From: the human T2T-CHM13v2.0 reference genome, Homo sapiens
DNA: 64,000 nt
Strand: one strand, 5' to 3'
Assembly (NCBI RefSeq): GCF_009914755.1
Contig: NC_060931.1
In this document: in pieces, positions 45,727 through 60,700 of the stretch
Position numbering within the stretch: position 1 is the stretch's first letter
Layout of the letters: every line of letters starts with the position of its first letter
Made by a program: the position numbers and the translations under genes
The notes under the pieces: model-generated
Told to the model about the DNA's origin: nothing
Seen by the model: the letters and a program-made list of their open reading frames with translations, nothing else
The model's database searches: none

Positions 45727-48700
45727 TTTGAAAGCCACTGATTTAATTGATTCTATTTTTTTAAATTATACTTTAAGTTTTAGGGTACATGTGCACAATG
45801 TGCAGGTTTGATACGTAGGTATACCAGTGCCATGTTGGTTTGCTGCACCCATCAACTCATCATTTACATTAGGTATTTCTGCTAATACTATCCCTCCCCC
45901 ACCCCCCACCCCCTCCAACAGGCCCCAGTGTGTGACGTTCCCTGCCCTGTGTCCAAGTGATCTCATTGTTCAATTCCCACCTACGAGTGAGAACATGCGG
46001 TGTTTGGTTTTCTGTCCTTTTGATAGTTTGCTGAGAATGGAGGTTTCCAGCTTCATCCATGCCCCTGCAAAGAACATGAACTCATCCTTTTTTATGGCTG
46101 CATAGTATTCTATGTTATATATGTGCCACATTTTCTTAATCCAGTCTATCATTGATGGACATTTGGGTTGGTTCCAAGTCTTTGCTATTGTGAATGGTGC
46201 CACAATAAACATATGTGTACATGTGTCATTATAGTAGCATGATTTATAATCCTTTGGGTATATACCCAGTAATGGGATTGCTGGGTCAAATGGTATTTCT
46301 AGTTCTAGATCCTTGAGGAATCACCACACTGTCTTCCACAATGGTTGAACTAATTTACACTCCCACCAACAGTGTAAAAGCGTTCCTATTTCTCCACATC
46401 CTCTCCAGCATCTGTTGTTTCCTGACTTTTTAATGATTGCCATTCTAACTGGCATGAGATGGTATCTCATTGTGTTTTTGATTTGCATTTCTCTGATGAC
46501 AAGTGATGATGAGCATTTTTTGATGTGTCTGTTGACTGCATAGATGTTTTCTTTTGAGAAGTGTCTCTTCATATCCTTTGCCCACTTTTTGATGGGGTTT
46601 GTTTTTTTCTTGTAAATTTGTTTGAGTTCTTTGTAGATTATGGATATAGCCCTTTGTCAGATGGGTAGATTGCAAAACTTTTCTCCCATTCTGTAGGTTG
46701 CATGTTCACTCTGATGGTAGTTTCTTTTGCCGTGCAGAAGCTCTTTAGTTTAATTATGTCCCATTTGTCAATTTTGGCTTTTGTTGCCATTGCTTTTGGT
46801 GTTTTAGTCATGAAGTCTTTGCCCATGCCTATGTCCTGAATGGTATTGCCTAGGTTTTCTTCTAGGGTTTTTATGGTTTTAGGTCTAACATTTAAGTCTT
46901 TAATCCATCTTGAATTAATTTTTGTATAAGGTGTAAGGAAGGGATCCAGTTTCAGCTTTCTACATATGGCTAGCCAGTTTTCCCAGCACCATTTATTAAA
47001 TAGGGAATGCTTTCCCCATTTCTTGTTTTTGTCAGGTTTGTCAAAGATCAGATGGTTGTAGATGTGTGGTGTTATTTCTGAGGCATCTGTTCTTTTCCAT
47101 TGTTCTATATATCTGTTTTGGTACCAGTACCATGCTATTTTGGTTACTGTAGCCTTGTAGTATAGTTTGAAGTCAGGTAGCGTGATGCCTCCAGCTTTGT
47201 TGTTTTGGCTTAGGATTGTCTTGGCAATGCAGGCTCTTTTTTGGTTGCATATGAACTTTAAAGTGGCTTTTTCCAATTCTGTGAAGAAAGTCATTCGTAG
47301 CTTGATGGGGATGGCATTGAATCTATAAATTACTTTGGGCAGTATGGCCATTTTCACAATATTGATTCTTTCTATCCATGAGCATGGAATATTCTTCCAT
47401 TTGTTTGTGTCCTCTTTTATTTTGTTGAGCAGTGGTTTGTAGTTCTCCTTGAAGAGGTCCTTCACTTCCTTGTAAGTTGGATTCCTAGGTATTTTATTAT
47501 CTTTGTAGCAAATGTGAATGGGAGTTCACTCATGATTTGACTCTCTGTCTGTTAATGGTGTATAGGAATGCTTATGATTTTTGCACATTGATTTTGTATC
47601 CTGAGACTTTGCTGATGTTGTTTATCTGCTTAAGGAGATTTTGGACTGAAACGATGGGGTTTACTAAATATACAATCATGTCATCTGCAAACAGGGACAA
47701 TTTGACTTCCTCATTTCCTAATTGAATACCCTTTATTTCTTTCTCTTGCCTGATTGCCCTGGCCAGAACTTCCAACTCTATGTTGAATAGGAGTGGTGAG
47801 AGAGGGCATCCCTGTCTTCTGTCGGTTTTCAAAGGGAATGGTTCCAGTTTTTGCCCATTCAGTATGATATCGGCTGTGGGTTTGTTATAAGTAGTTCTTA
47901 TTATTTTGAGATACATTCCATTGATACCTAGTTTATTGAGAATTTTTAGCATGAAGGGCTGTTGAATTTTGTCAAAGGTGTTTTCTGCATCTATTGAGAT
48001 AATCGTGGTTTTTGTCATTGGTTCTGTTTATGTGATGGATTACATTTACTGATTTTCATATGTTGAACCAGCCTTGCATCCCAGGGATGAAGCCAACTTG
48101 ATCATGGTAGATAAGCTTTTTGATGTGCTGCTGGATTCAGTTTGCCAGTATTGAGGATTTTCCCATCAATGTTCATCAGGGATATTGGTCTAAAATTCTC
48201 TTTGTTGGTTCTCTGCCAGGCTTTGGTATCAGGATGATGTTGGCCTCATAAAATGAGTTAGGGAGGATTTCCTCTTTTTCTGTTGATTGGAATAGTTTCA
48301 GAAGGAATGGTACCAGCTCCTCTTTGTACGTCTGGTGGAATTCGGCTGTGAATCCGTCTGGTCCTGGACTTTTTTTGGTTGGTAGGCTATTAATTATTGC
48401 CTTAATTTCAGAGCCCGTTATTGGTCTATTCAGAGATCCAACTTCTTCCTGGTTTAGTCTTGGGAGGGTGTATGTATCCAGGAATTTATCCGTTTCTTCT
48501 AGATTTTCTAGTTTATTTGCATAGAGGTGTTTATAGTATTCTCTGATGGTAGTTTCTATATCTGTGGGATCGGTGGTGATATCCCCTTTATCATTTTTTA
48601 TTGCATCGATTTGATTCTTCTCTCTTTTCTTCTTTATTAGTCTTGCTAGCAGTCTATCAATTTTGTTGTTCTTTTAAAAAAAACCAGCTCCTATATTCAT

Positions 48701-51700
48701 TGATTGTTTTGAAGAGTTTTTTGTGTCTCTACCTCCTTCAGTTCTGCTCTGATCTTAATTATTTCTTGCCTTCTGCTAGGTTTTGAACTCGTTTGCCGTT
48801 GGTTCTCTAGTTCTTTTAATTGTGATGTTAGGGTGTCAATTTTAGATCTTTCCTGCTTTATGGGCATTTACTGCTATAAATTTCCCTCTACCCACTGCTT
48901 TAAATGTGTCCCAGAGATTCTGGTACGTTGTGTTTTTGTTCTCATTGGTTTCAAAGAACATCTTTATTTCTGCCTTCATTTTGTTATTTACCCAGTAGTC
49001 ATTCAGGAACAAGTTGTTCAGTTTCCATGTAGTTGTGTGGTTTAGAGTGAGTTTCTTAATCCTGAGTTCTAATTTGATTGCACTGTGGTCTGAGAGACAA
49101 TTTGTTGTGATTTCTGTTCTTTTACATTTGCTGAGGAGTGCTTTACTCCCAATTATGTGGTCAATTTTAGAATAAGTGTGATGTCGTGCTAAGAAGAATG
49201 TATATTCTGTTGATTTGGGGTGGAGAGTTCTGTAGATGTCTATTAGGTCTGCCTGTTGCAGAGCTGAGTTCAGGTCCTGGATATCCTTGTTAACCATCTG
49301 TCTCATTGATCTGTCTAATATTGACAGTGGGGTGTTAAAGTCTCCCATTATTATTTTGTGGGAGTCTAAGTCTCTTTGTAAGTCTCTAAGGATTTGCTTT
49401 ATGAATCTGGGTGCTCCTGTATTGAGTGCATATATATTTAGGACAGTTAGCTCTTCTTGTTGAATTGATCCCTTTACCGTAATGTAATGGTCTTCTTTGT
49501 CTCTTTTGATCTTTGTTGGCTTAAAGTCTGTTTTATCAGAGACTAGGATTGCAACCCCTGCTTTTTTTTGTTTTCCATTTGCTTGGTAGAACTTCCTCCA
49601 TCCCTGTATTTTGAGCCTATGTGCCTCTTTGCATGTGACATGGGTCTCCTGAATACAGCACACTGATGGGTCTTGACTCTTTATCCCATTTGCCAGTCTG
49701 TGTCTTTTAATTGGGGCATTTAACCCATTTACATTTAAGGTTAATATTGTTATGTGTGAATTTGATCCTGTCATTATGATGTTCACTGGTTATTTTGCCC
49801 ATTAATTGATGCAGTTTCTTCATACGTCGATGGTCTTTACAATTTTGCATGTTTTTGCAGTGGCTGGTATCAGTTGTTTCTTTCCATGTTTAGTGCTTCC
49901 TTCAGGAGCTCTTGTAAGGCAGGCCTGGTGGTGACAAAATCTGTCAGCATTTGCTTGTCTGTAAAGGATGTTATTTCTCCTTCACTTATGAAGCTTAGTT
50001 TGGTTGGATATGAAATTCTGGGGTGAAAATTCTTTTCTTTAAGAATGTTGAATATTGGCCCCCACTCTCTTCTGGATTGTTGGGTTTCTGCTGAGAAATC
50101 CGCTGTTAGTCTGATGGGCTTCCCTTTGTGGGTAACTTGACCTTTCTCTCTGGTTGCACTTAACACTTCTTCCTTCATTTCAACCTTGGTGAATCTGACA
50201 GTTATGTGTCTTGGGGTTGCTCTTCTCAAGGAGTATCCTTGTGATGTTCTCTGTATTTCCTGAATTTAAATGTTGGTCTGCCTTGCTAGGTTGGGTAGGT
50301 TCTCGTGGATAATATCCTGAAGAGCGTTTTCCAACTTGGTTCCATTCTCCCCATCACTTTCATGTACACCAATCAAACATAGATCTGGTCTTTTCACATA
50401 CTCCCATATTTCTTGGAGGCTTTGTTTGTTTCTTTTTACTCTTTTTTCTCTAAACTTCTGTTCTTGTTTCATTTCATTCATTTGATCTTCAATCACTGAT
50501 ACCCTTTCTTCCACTTGATTGAATTGGCTATTGAAGCTTGTGCATGTGTCACGAAGCTCTCGTGACACATCCATCAGGTCATTTAAGGTCTTCTCTACAC
50601 TGTTTATTCTAGTTAGCCATTCGTCTAATCTTTTTTCAAGGTTTTTAGCTTCCTTGGGATGGGTTCGAACATCCTCCTTTAGCTCAGAGAAGTTTGTTAT
50701 TACCGACCTTCTGAAGCCTACTTCTGTCAACTTGTGAAAGTCATTCTCCATCTAGCTTTATTCTGTTGCTGATGAGGAGCTGCGATCCTTTGGAGAAGAG
50801 ACACCCTGATTTTTAGAATTTTCAGCTTTTCTGCTCTGGTTTCTCCCCATCTTTGTGGTTTTATCTACCTTTGGTCTTTGATGTTGGTGACCTACAGATG
50901 GGATTTTGGTGTAGATGATCTTTTTGTTGATGTTGATGCTATTCCTTTCTGTTTGTTAGTTTTCCTTCTAACAGGTCCCTCAGCTGCAGGTCTGTTGGAG
51001 TGAGCTGCAGACACTCTTTGCCTGGGTATCACCAGCAGAGGATGCAGAACAGCAAATATTGCAGAACAGCAAATATTGCTGCCTGATCCTTCCTCTGGAA
51101 GCTTTGTCCCAGAGGGGCAGCCACCTATATGAGGTGTCTGTTGGCCCCTACTGGGAGGTGTCTCCCAGTTAGGCTACACAGGGGTCAGGGACCCACTTGA
51201 GGAGGCAGTCTGTCCATTCTCAGAGCTCAAACGCTGTGCTGGGAGAACCACTGCTCTCTTCAGAGCTGTCAGACAGGGACGTTTAAGTCTGCAAAAGTTG
51301 TCTGCTGTGTTTTGTTCAGCTATGCCCTGCCCACAGAGGTGGAGTCTAGAGGCAGTTGGCATTGTTGAGCTGGGGTGGCCTCCGCCCAGTTCGAGCTTCC
51401 TGGAAGCTTTATCTACTCAAGTCTCAGCAATTATGGACGCCCCTCCCCCAGCCAGGCTGCTGTCTCACAGATCCATCTCAGACTGCTGCACTAGCAGTGA
51501 GCAAGGCTCCATGGGCGTGGCAGACACCGAGCCAGGCACAGGAGAGAATCACCTTGTCTGCCAGTTGCTAAGACCTTGAGAAAAGCACAGTATTTGGGCA
51601 GCAGTGTCCTGTTTTTCCAGGTAGTGGGTCACGGCTTCCCTTGGCTAGGAAAGTGAAAACCCCTGACCCCTTGCACTTCCCAGGTGAGGCAACACCCTGC

Positions 51701-51866
51701 CCTGCTTTGGCTCGCCCTCTGTGGGCTGCACCAACTGTCCAACCAGTCCCAATGAGATGAACCAGGTGCCTCAGTTGGAAATGCAGAAATCACCCGTTTT
51801 CTGCATCAATCACGCTGGGAGCTGCAGACCAGAGCTGTTCCTATTCGGCCGTCTTGGAATGCCCTC
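45727..51866 (-). mobile_element. Full-length (~6.1 kb) L1PA (L1PA6-like), both ORFs disrupted
   Basis: 5' end ccaagacggccgaataggaacagctc. ORF1 ATG at 50850 and ORF2 MTGSNSH at 49774. EN, RT (FADD) and C-terminal remnants, 3' UTR. TSD aaagatg(t/c)tgaatttt at 45711 and 51867. Confidence 0.96.
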
Positions 51867-53624
51867 AAAGATGCTGAATTTTGTCAAATGTTCTTTCTAC
51901 ATCTAATGAGATGACCACATGGTTTTTGTCTTTTATTCTGTTAACATGATGTATCACACTTATAGATTTGTGTATGTTGAAACATCGTTGCATCCCTGGG
52001 GCAAATTCCCCTTGATCATGGTAAATTATTTTTTAATATGTTGTTGAAATTAGTTAGCTAATATTTTGTTGAGGATTTTTACATTGATATATACTGAAGA
52101 CATTGTCCTGCAGTGTTTTTGAATGTGTTTTTTTCCTTGTAGTGTCTTTCTCTGGTTTCGTTATCAGGGTAATGCTGGCCTCATAAAAAGAGTTTGGAAG
52201 TATTCCTGCCTTTTCCATTTTTTGCAAGGATTTGTGAAGAGTTGGTATCAGTTTTTTAAGTGTTTGGTTGATTCTGCAGTAAAGCCATCAGGTCCTGGGA
52301 TTTCCTATGATGGAAGACTTTTAATTACTGATTCAATCTGCTGCTCATTATTCATCTGTTTAGATTTTCTATTTCTTCCTGGTTCAGTCGTGGCATATGT
52401 GTCTAGAAATTTATTCGTTTTCTGAGTTATCCAATTTATTGGCATGTAATTTTTCATAATAGTCTCTCATGATCCTTTTTGTTTTTGTGTTATTAGTTGC
52501 AATGTCTTTTTCAGTTCCAAGTTTGAGTTCTCACTTTTATTAGTCAATTATCTTTTCAAAAAAAATTTATTTTCACTGATCTTTTGTATTGTTCTTCCAG
52601 TCTCTTTCATTTATGCTCTAATCTCTTTGTTTCCTTCTGCTGACATTGGGCTTAGTTCTCTTTTTTTATTTCCTTGAGGCATAACATTGTTTATTTGATA
52701 TCTTTTTCGATGTGTTTATTGCTATAAATTTTTTGCTTAGCACTACTTTTGCGCATCCCATGTTTTAGTATGTTGTGTTTACATTTTTCTTATTGATTTC
52801 TGGTTTTTTACCATTGTGGTCAGAAAAGGTGCTTGATATTTTTAACTTTCTTAAATTTGTTAAGGCTTGTCTTTTGGCTTAACATATGATCCTGGAGAAT
52901 GTTCCATGTGCAGTTGAGAACAATGTGTATTCTGTTCCCGTTGGAGGGGATGTTCTGTATTATCACTGTTAGGTCTATTTGGTCTAAAGCATTTTTCAAG
53001 TCTGATGTTTTCTTATTTTCTGTCTGGATGTGTCCATTATTGAAGTCCTATACTATTATTGTGCTATAATCTCTCTCACACACTTCATATCTGTTAATAG
53101 TTTATATATTTAGGTGTTCTGATGTTGTGTACATATACATTTACAATTATTATATCTTCCTGATGAATTGACCCCCTTGCAGAATGTTGTCTTTATCTTT
53201 TTACGGTTTTTTATTTGAAGTCTAGTTTGTCTGCTAAGTATAGCTACCCATGTTCTTTTGTGGTTTCTATTTGTACAAAATCTTTTTTCATCTCTTTACT
53301 TTCAGTTTATGTGTCCTTAAAACTGATATCAATTCCTTGAATGCAGCATATAGTTGGGTCTTGCTGTTTGTCTATTCAGTCATTATGACTTTTTATTGGA
53401 TAATTTTATCTATTTACATTCAAGATAATTATTGATAGGTAAGAACTTATTACTGCCATTTTGTTAATTGTTTTCTGGTTGTTTTATAGACTTTTTTCTT
53501 TTTTCCTCTTTTGCTGACTTTGTAGTGTGATTGTTTTTCAGAGTGGCACACTTTAAATCCTTTATATTTTTGTTTTGTGTATCTAATACAGATTTTTGCT
53601 TTGTGGTTGACATGCTTTGGATAT

Positions 53625-54480
53625 TTTTTGATAAGCCATCAGTTGAAATACAAATATTTTCACACCATGCCCATTCTGAGAGATCTATCCTCACACTTCT
53701 CCAGACCTTGCTGTCACTAATCTTCTAATCTTGTTCTTTCCAAGTCCCTGATCATCAGGCCCAAGTGTTAACAAATCCCCATAAATCAATATAGATACAT
53801 TCTTTTGTCTACCTTCTGATGCAAAGTGATCAATCAAATGAACTGCTTGAAGTTTTGCCCATTGAGATAAATTTCTATTACTAATGCCCTTCATTACCAA
53901 TCCTCTCAAGAGGGATTATAATGCTACAGCCATTCACTTCTGGTGGGTACTAATATACTGTATAGAGACATCTACAAACCAGTACTGACTTTTTTCCTTC
54001 TTAGTCATAGGAACTCCCATGGGGCCTTAAGTGTGGATTGATTAAAAAAAAAAAAGAGGGAATGCAACAGAAGTGTCAAAGAAATCTGAGCCATCTAGTT
54101 ATAGAACTTGAAAATAGATGGCTGCTGTATATATTCAAATTAGGGCTCAGCAAATCAGGTAACACCCAGTTTTTTATAGACACGCCAGGTTGCATGCTCA
54201 CTTGATACAGTTAGCATTTAGTCTATACCACTGCCTCATAGAAAAGATTGTTTCTCAAAATGAGGATAGTTATCTGCTGAAGGGAGTGTGACTTTGCTTC
54301 AACCCTAGAAGCCTATGCTGTGATTTTTCTTATTTTGTCTGTCAGAGACTCCATACATCATTTCTATTTGCTACAGCCATTTTATGTCTCATTGGATCTG
54401 CTAATCATAAGTCCCAAGTGGAAGAATAGCTTGTGCTGCAGTCTTGACTTGCTACAGAGCCCTTTATTGCTTTGGACCAC
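53625..54480 (-). mobile_element. ERVL-type internal pol remnant, 5' part (continuation of 41033-42675)
   Basis: IDLSEWA-like RNase H remnant in ORF 53464-53694, and LSQWAKLQAVHL in ORF 53691-53909. Confidence 0.65.
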
Positions 54481-54499
54481 ACTCAAAAGGTGGCACCCT

Positions 54500-54825
54500 T
54501 ATGCAATACCCTTAAAGAAACATTTTAGACAACAGAAATGTAATAGAGTTGATTTGACCAAAGATTATTTCATGAATCTGGCAGAACTCAGGAGAGGTTC
54601 AGAGTGCACCACCACAGCAGCATGGGCAGTGAGGTTTATGTGGAGGGAAGCCAAAGACATTGATTGGTTTCACATGGAAACCATCTCAGAGGTTAGTTGG
54701 CAGTTTCTGATTGGCAAAGTCTCTTGTTTCATTTTACTGTTTACATTGGGCTTTGGTCTGCTCACAGAGAAACCTAAAGCACGATGGCTGTCTCAGCCAA
54801 GTGACCTATTAGAATTTTTTTAAAA
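54500..54825 (-). mobile_element. ERV1-class LTR (MER57/MER93-like)
   Basis: catgaatctggcag...gaggttcagag...ttagttggcagtttctgattgg...tttactgtttaca. Confidence 0.45.
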
Positions 54826-55887
54826 ACAGTTATTGGATAAGAGTAGAAGCCTCATATCATCCCTTCCCCTTTCAAACTTGAACTTTATGGTGAAGTTTGT
54901 ACCATTAGTGCCGCATGCTTTCTTTCTCAGCCCTAGCACTTTGCATATACTGCTCCATATATCTAGAACACATTTTTATCCCTTTTCTGGCCCTTGCGTG
55001 CTTTTTGACCTTAGCTATTGCCGACTAAGCAGTCTTTCCTGCCTTCCAAATCTGGGTTAGGTCTCCCTTCTTTGTACTCCCACAGCCCACTTGACTCATT
55101 CTTATCACAGCATTTAGCACATTATGTAGAAATTGCTTGGTAAATTGTTTATATCAGCATTTCTCAGCCCTTTTTATCATCACCCATCTAAAGAATCTTT
55201 TTAGACATTTTGTTCCTAATCACCATTCCCTTCCTCCTTAAAAATGTAATGACCTGTATATGCTATATATTTTTGTACTGCATGTCTGTGTCTTATATGT
55301 TTTTTAAAAAGATTTTCTTCCACCTCCACCAAGAGCCAACTTTCATCCGCTCTGTGGGTGATATTACTTTCCCCCTTTCCGATGCCCCTTCTTGGGAATG
55401 CCTGGTCTATAAGCACTCCTGAGGCATATGTTGTGTCTTGTTCTTTGCTGACTTACCAGAGCTTAGCATGGTACTTATCTAGTAAAGACTCAATAAAAAT
55501 TTTAACAAATGAGTTAGTAGATGAATGAATCAACCTTTAAAGGAGACCAAAGATCACAGATGAAAGCACATTGGTATTCTTACCTTTTACCTTTGATTCC
55601 CCTTACAGAATTTGTTAGCCTACGATTTTTATGCCTTTAATTTTTTATACTTTTTCTTCTAAACTTTTTGAAGGGTAGGACCATTCCTCATCCATTTGTC
55701 AACCCCTTAGAGAAACATAAATCACAGTGCTTTGCACACAGAAGGTATTCAATGAATATTCATTGAAATACCGCAAGTGAATAAGTTAAGACTTTCCAGA
55801 AAATCACCAGTTTTCAATTAAACCCTAAGGATGGGGTCAAAAAATAAAGGTGATTTCAAGAGATTTTGCTTCAAGGGCTGTAAGAGA

Positions 55888-56187
55888 TTTTTTTTTTTTT
55901 TTTTTTCAGACGGAGTCTCACTCTGTCGCCCAGACTGGAGTGCAGTGGCGCGATCTTGGCTCACTGAAAGCTCTGCCTCCCAGGTTCATGCCATTCTCCT
56001 GCCTCAGCCTCCCGAGTAGCTGGAACTACAGGCGCCCGCCACCACGCCCAGCTAATTTTTTGTATTTTTAGTAGAGATGGGGTCTTACCGTTTTAGCCAG
56101 GGTGGTCTTGATCTCCTGACCTTGTGATCTGCCCACCTCAGCCTCCCAAAGTGCTGGGATTACAGGCATGAGCCACCACGCGCGGCC
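55888..56187 (-). mobile_element. AluY
   Basis: T19 tail. TSD tgtaagaga(c)tttt. Confidence 0.94.
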
Positions 56188-57416
56188 TGTAAGAGACTTT
56201 TCTATAAACCATTGCCTATTTGTTTGTTTCTTCCTCTATGCTCTCTTAGTATTATTTATTTGTGTTTACTGTATATCAAGCTACCAGATAGACTGAGAAA
56301 TCCCCTAAGGCAAGAACCATTTTTTACCCCGTCTTATATCTCCTGTGCCACACATGGTTTCAGACATCAAAGGAAGTAGTAGAGTAGTAGAGGCATATCC
56401 ATATTTGAGTTCTCCCTTTGCCTTTGACCAGTTGTGATCTTTGGCAAATTACTTAAATTATTGGTCTCTTTTTTATCATATGGTAAATGGAAATAATAGT
56501 AACTATCTCAAAGGAGTAAACATCCCACTTCTAAAGTGGAGTGTACATCCATACTCCTGGGTCTCTGGTCTATGCCAGACTAGGATAATAAAAGGGGACT
56601 TTTTGGTAATACAGAGACGAGTACACATTCTGTTAGCCAGGAAATGCAATTGATTATACTAAGAGGGGACAATCTTAGAATTAAAAATGTTTGTTATAAA
56701 TGTTTTATCATCAAACTGACCCATAAAGGACCGATTTCCTCCTGAGTCTGATTTTCCTACATTCAGAATCTCAGGATTCAGCTCAAGCTTTTTTCCTTTT
56801 TCATTATCCCCCCTCCTTTGTCCATATTGATCCTCTCTCATTGAGCAAATGGGGGGGTCACTCACAGTTCCCTCCCCATTCCTATTGTTTTCTGTACTTT
56901 GTTTATCCTATTTTTTCCTGCTTAGAGGGCCCTTCACCTGATGCCATTTCCCCCCTCAGTCCCTGACCCCCAACCTCTACTCCCTACTCTAACCCCATTC
57001 CAGCTTGGCCAAAGGGCAAAGCAGAGAACTCAGAATGACCAGCTCTGGGGGAACAGAGTCAGAAAAGAAGTGTAACGCTAGGGGAAGAGATAAGAGATTA
57101 AAAGATGAGTTGACAATACTTGAATGAAGAAAAGAAAAAGGTGGATTTATGTTTGCTCGTGTAAGAACTTAGTATGGACTAACAGGTGACTAAGAGACAA
57201 ACAGAAACTTTTTTCTTCTTTCTTGGATTCTGTGAGTGAGCTTAACTCTCAGATACTAAGCTTTGTTGTTTGTTTGTAATGGATTCTTCCTGCTCTTACA
57301 TATGTTAAGGGCATAAGGTGATGAATACTAAATGAGATAACATCAGTTAGGAATTGTGGTCAGTTTAAAGAAGATAAGTAGGCATTCATTTTTATCGTGT
57401 ATATTAAGAAAAGGAG

Positions 57417-57776
<360 letters not shown>

Positions 57777-60700
57777 TCATTAGAGTCCTAGGCTGACTGT
57801 GGCTTCCTTATGCTACCATGATTCAGCGGGAAAAGGTCTATTAACATAGCCATGTTTCAGGCAACAGAAAGGAGGGTGGATCAAGGACTGAGTCTACATC
57901 CCTTCTAAGGAGTTTTCCCAGAACCCCTGTATCCAACTGCTCCTGGCCCGATCTGAGCCACACACCCACATCCACAAAGGAGGCTGAGGAATACAGTCTT
58001 TTAGATGAATTCACTGTCATTTCTAATACAAAAAGGGTTAAGTCCTGGGTTCTGTTAAATGAGAAGCAATTGTCTGTCTCTGCTACAACATTAATGCATT
58101 GAGCCAGGCACAGGTAAGTGCTCAGTTGAAATTAATACTTAATTATTGGGTACTTAATGCTTATTGAACAAATGAGCAAATGGATGGAAACATTTCCCTA
58201 CACACATCAGAATTAGAAATGGCCAGTAGTTCCTTATTTCATTTGAAAGCTTATAGGCTTTGCTTACACATTCGTAGCCACTCAATTTGAATCCTAAGTT
58301 CATAAGACATAAAGGAGGCAGCTGCACACTGAAAAGAGCCTTACTACTTGCTGCAGTATTGCATTTCTCTATCTGAGGGCAGGCAGAGCAATAGAATGAA
58401 AGACTTAGGACCCTATTCTAGCCACTGTCCTTTATTTTCCTGCTTCACCCATGTAATCATCTCTCTGTAAGCAAATAAGTCCACTGAGTTTCAGTTCTGT
58501 CTCCGTTTCTGTTTCCTCTGGTACTTTGTTCAAACCATTTTCCTCCTGTATAGAAAGCCTTCTTGCCTTCCTCCTCTCCTCTCCATTGATGCCTCTTCAT
58601 TTTTAGAGACCTGCAGCTTCAGGGTCCTTACCATGGGCCAACCCATTCTGCTTTCTCTGTCTCCATCTGTCTCCATGCTGATCTCTGTCTCCTTCCCCGG
58701 AATTTTTCTAACACTGCCAAACACATTAAAAGAGACTAATTCTTATACACAAACTTCTTGTCTGTCTTTCTTTTTGTAGCTTTCACAATATCTCAATACC
58801 TATCAGATGGTCCATAAACATATTTTGGCCAATTATCCCATTGACTATTAAAGCCTAAGCCATGTTGATGTGATAAGTGGTAGCCAGTGAGAGTCAGGGT
58901 GAAGCATTTTTACTTTGGCAAAATGCATAGGGACTGCTCCATTGTACTGGTTTTCTTCCCTCCTCTGCTGTGTAAGCCAGGCTCTTGTGAAACATTTCTT
59001 TCTCCCAAAGCTTCCTTGTTTTTGACTGTTTTAATGTTCATGAGGCCAGAGAGGTCTCCCAAATTATCCAAACATCTCACAGCAATGGGGTCCCAAGAAA
59101 GAGCTAACCATGGGCCTCAATTTCCTTTCCTCTTCCATTGGTTGTCTGACTGCCTGACTGAAAACCTCAGGAGATGATCAAAGAATCATAAACAAGTTGT
59201 AGGAAGCTTTGGGGGAGTTTGAATTTCAGGCAGAAGCCTTTAGAAACAAGTCTTGAACCTTACAGTGTGTAGATGAATACCTTTCATTCAGACCTGGGTT
59301 TTACATAGGAATTAAAGCCAAACTGAAGTAAAATGTTCAGAACAATCCCTTCAATGCGATAGACAAAAGGTTCTAATTTTATTGACCCAGGGTTCTTAAT
59401 GCAGAAAGAGTCCCCTCTACCCAATAAAAAGATGCATATTTAAAGGAACTGATTGGCCCACAGAATTTAAGTAGTCAGGAGCAAAGAGTAGGGAAAAGTA
59501 TCCCACCATACCTGAGTTGGTTATAACGGAAAAAAATCCCTGCTGCAATAGCTTGCTGCTTGTACTGATGATGCTAGAGACTGGACAATAGACACTGGAG
59601 TTGCCCCAGAAAAACCAAATACTTTTGTCATGCCCACTAAAAGATCTGATGGCTTTTCCTGTGGGCTTCATCACCTGGTCACCTGGTGCTCACTTCTGCC
59701 TCCAAGTCTCATGCAGGTGGATCTGCTTGGCAGACCCCAGGTGCATTGTTACTAGAGTGGGTTCCTAGTTTGGACTGTTAGTCAAACTTTCAAGGCACAA
59801 ACTTACCACCACAACATTTAACTAGCTCTTAGAAAGGATACAGAAGAGACAGCATCCAGAGCAACAGTGTCTCAGAAGCCTTCGGTGCAGCTTCTGATGT
59901 CCCCAGGCACATACATTGGGGCATGTTTTGGTCACAACAAATGACAAGCTGAAGTGAATGTGGATCACATCAGCATAGGAAAGTCATAGAGTTTAGGATC
60001 CCTGAAGCCTGAAGTCTCAGCTAATCCTCAGCATTCCAAAGGCTGTATGCCATGCTTCCATTCTTTAGTGCAGCTGCGGTCCATATATTACAGTTTACAC
60101 AATGAACCATCTCGACAACTAGGTACAGTACTTAGGAAGGTCTTAGAAGGCTTATTTAGCCACAGTGGATATGTCAAGAAGTTCAACTACAGATCAAACT
60201 ATGTTCAAGCATCCCTAAAACTAAGAGTGACAGTCCAGCTGTTAATTCTTATCTTTCACCAGGTCACATATGGAATTCTGGCTGAAAGGGAGTCTGGGAA
60301 TTGCAGTTTTGAGCTTTTCTGACATCAGTGGCCCAGGAAGTCAAATAAGGAGGTTAGAATAGATGTTGTGTGGACCAAAACACTGACCACTTAAAAGCAA
60401 AAACAAGGTAACCTAAAAACTCCCCAGACTTGGTGTCTGGCGATGGGCCACTAAAACTACTTGCACTAAGTTGTGACTTTGGACAAATTACCTGCTCACT
60501 TTGGTTTTCAGCTTCCTTAGCTGCCACAAGAGAGATTCAGACTGTATTGCTTTAGCAGTTAGTTCAGCTGTAACATTATATAATTCCATAATTTGGGGGC
60601 AAATCTATTCTAAATCTCCGAGCTTTAGCACTGCAGAAGACACATGACTAGATAGGCTATGTGTAATTGATACCTTTGAATTAAAATATCATGCCACGTC

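Noticed and set aside
45892-45916. C-run tract (G4 on the L1 sense strand)
   Set aside because: Known G-rich tract of L1 3' UTRs.
51044-51079. 17-bp tandem repeat gcagaacagcaaatatt x2 in the L1 5' UTR
   Set aside because: As I recall, this is a feature of the L1PA subfamily consensus rather than locus-specific.
54320-54823. 167-aa plus-strand ORF
   Set aside because: Crosses an ERV-internal/LTR boundary, has a non-ATG start and shows no recognisable protein.
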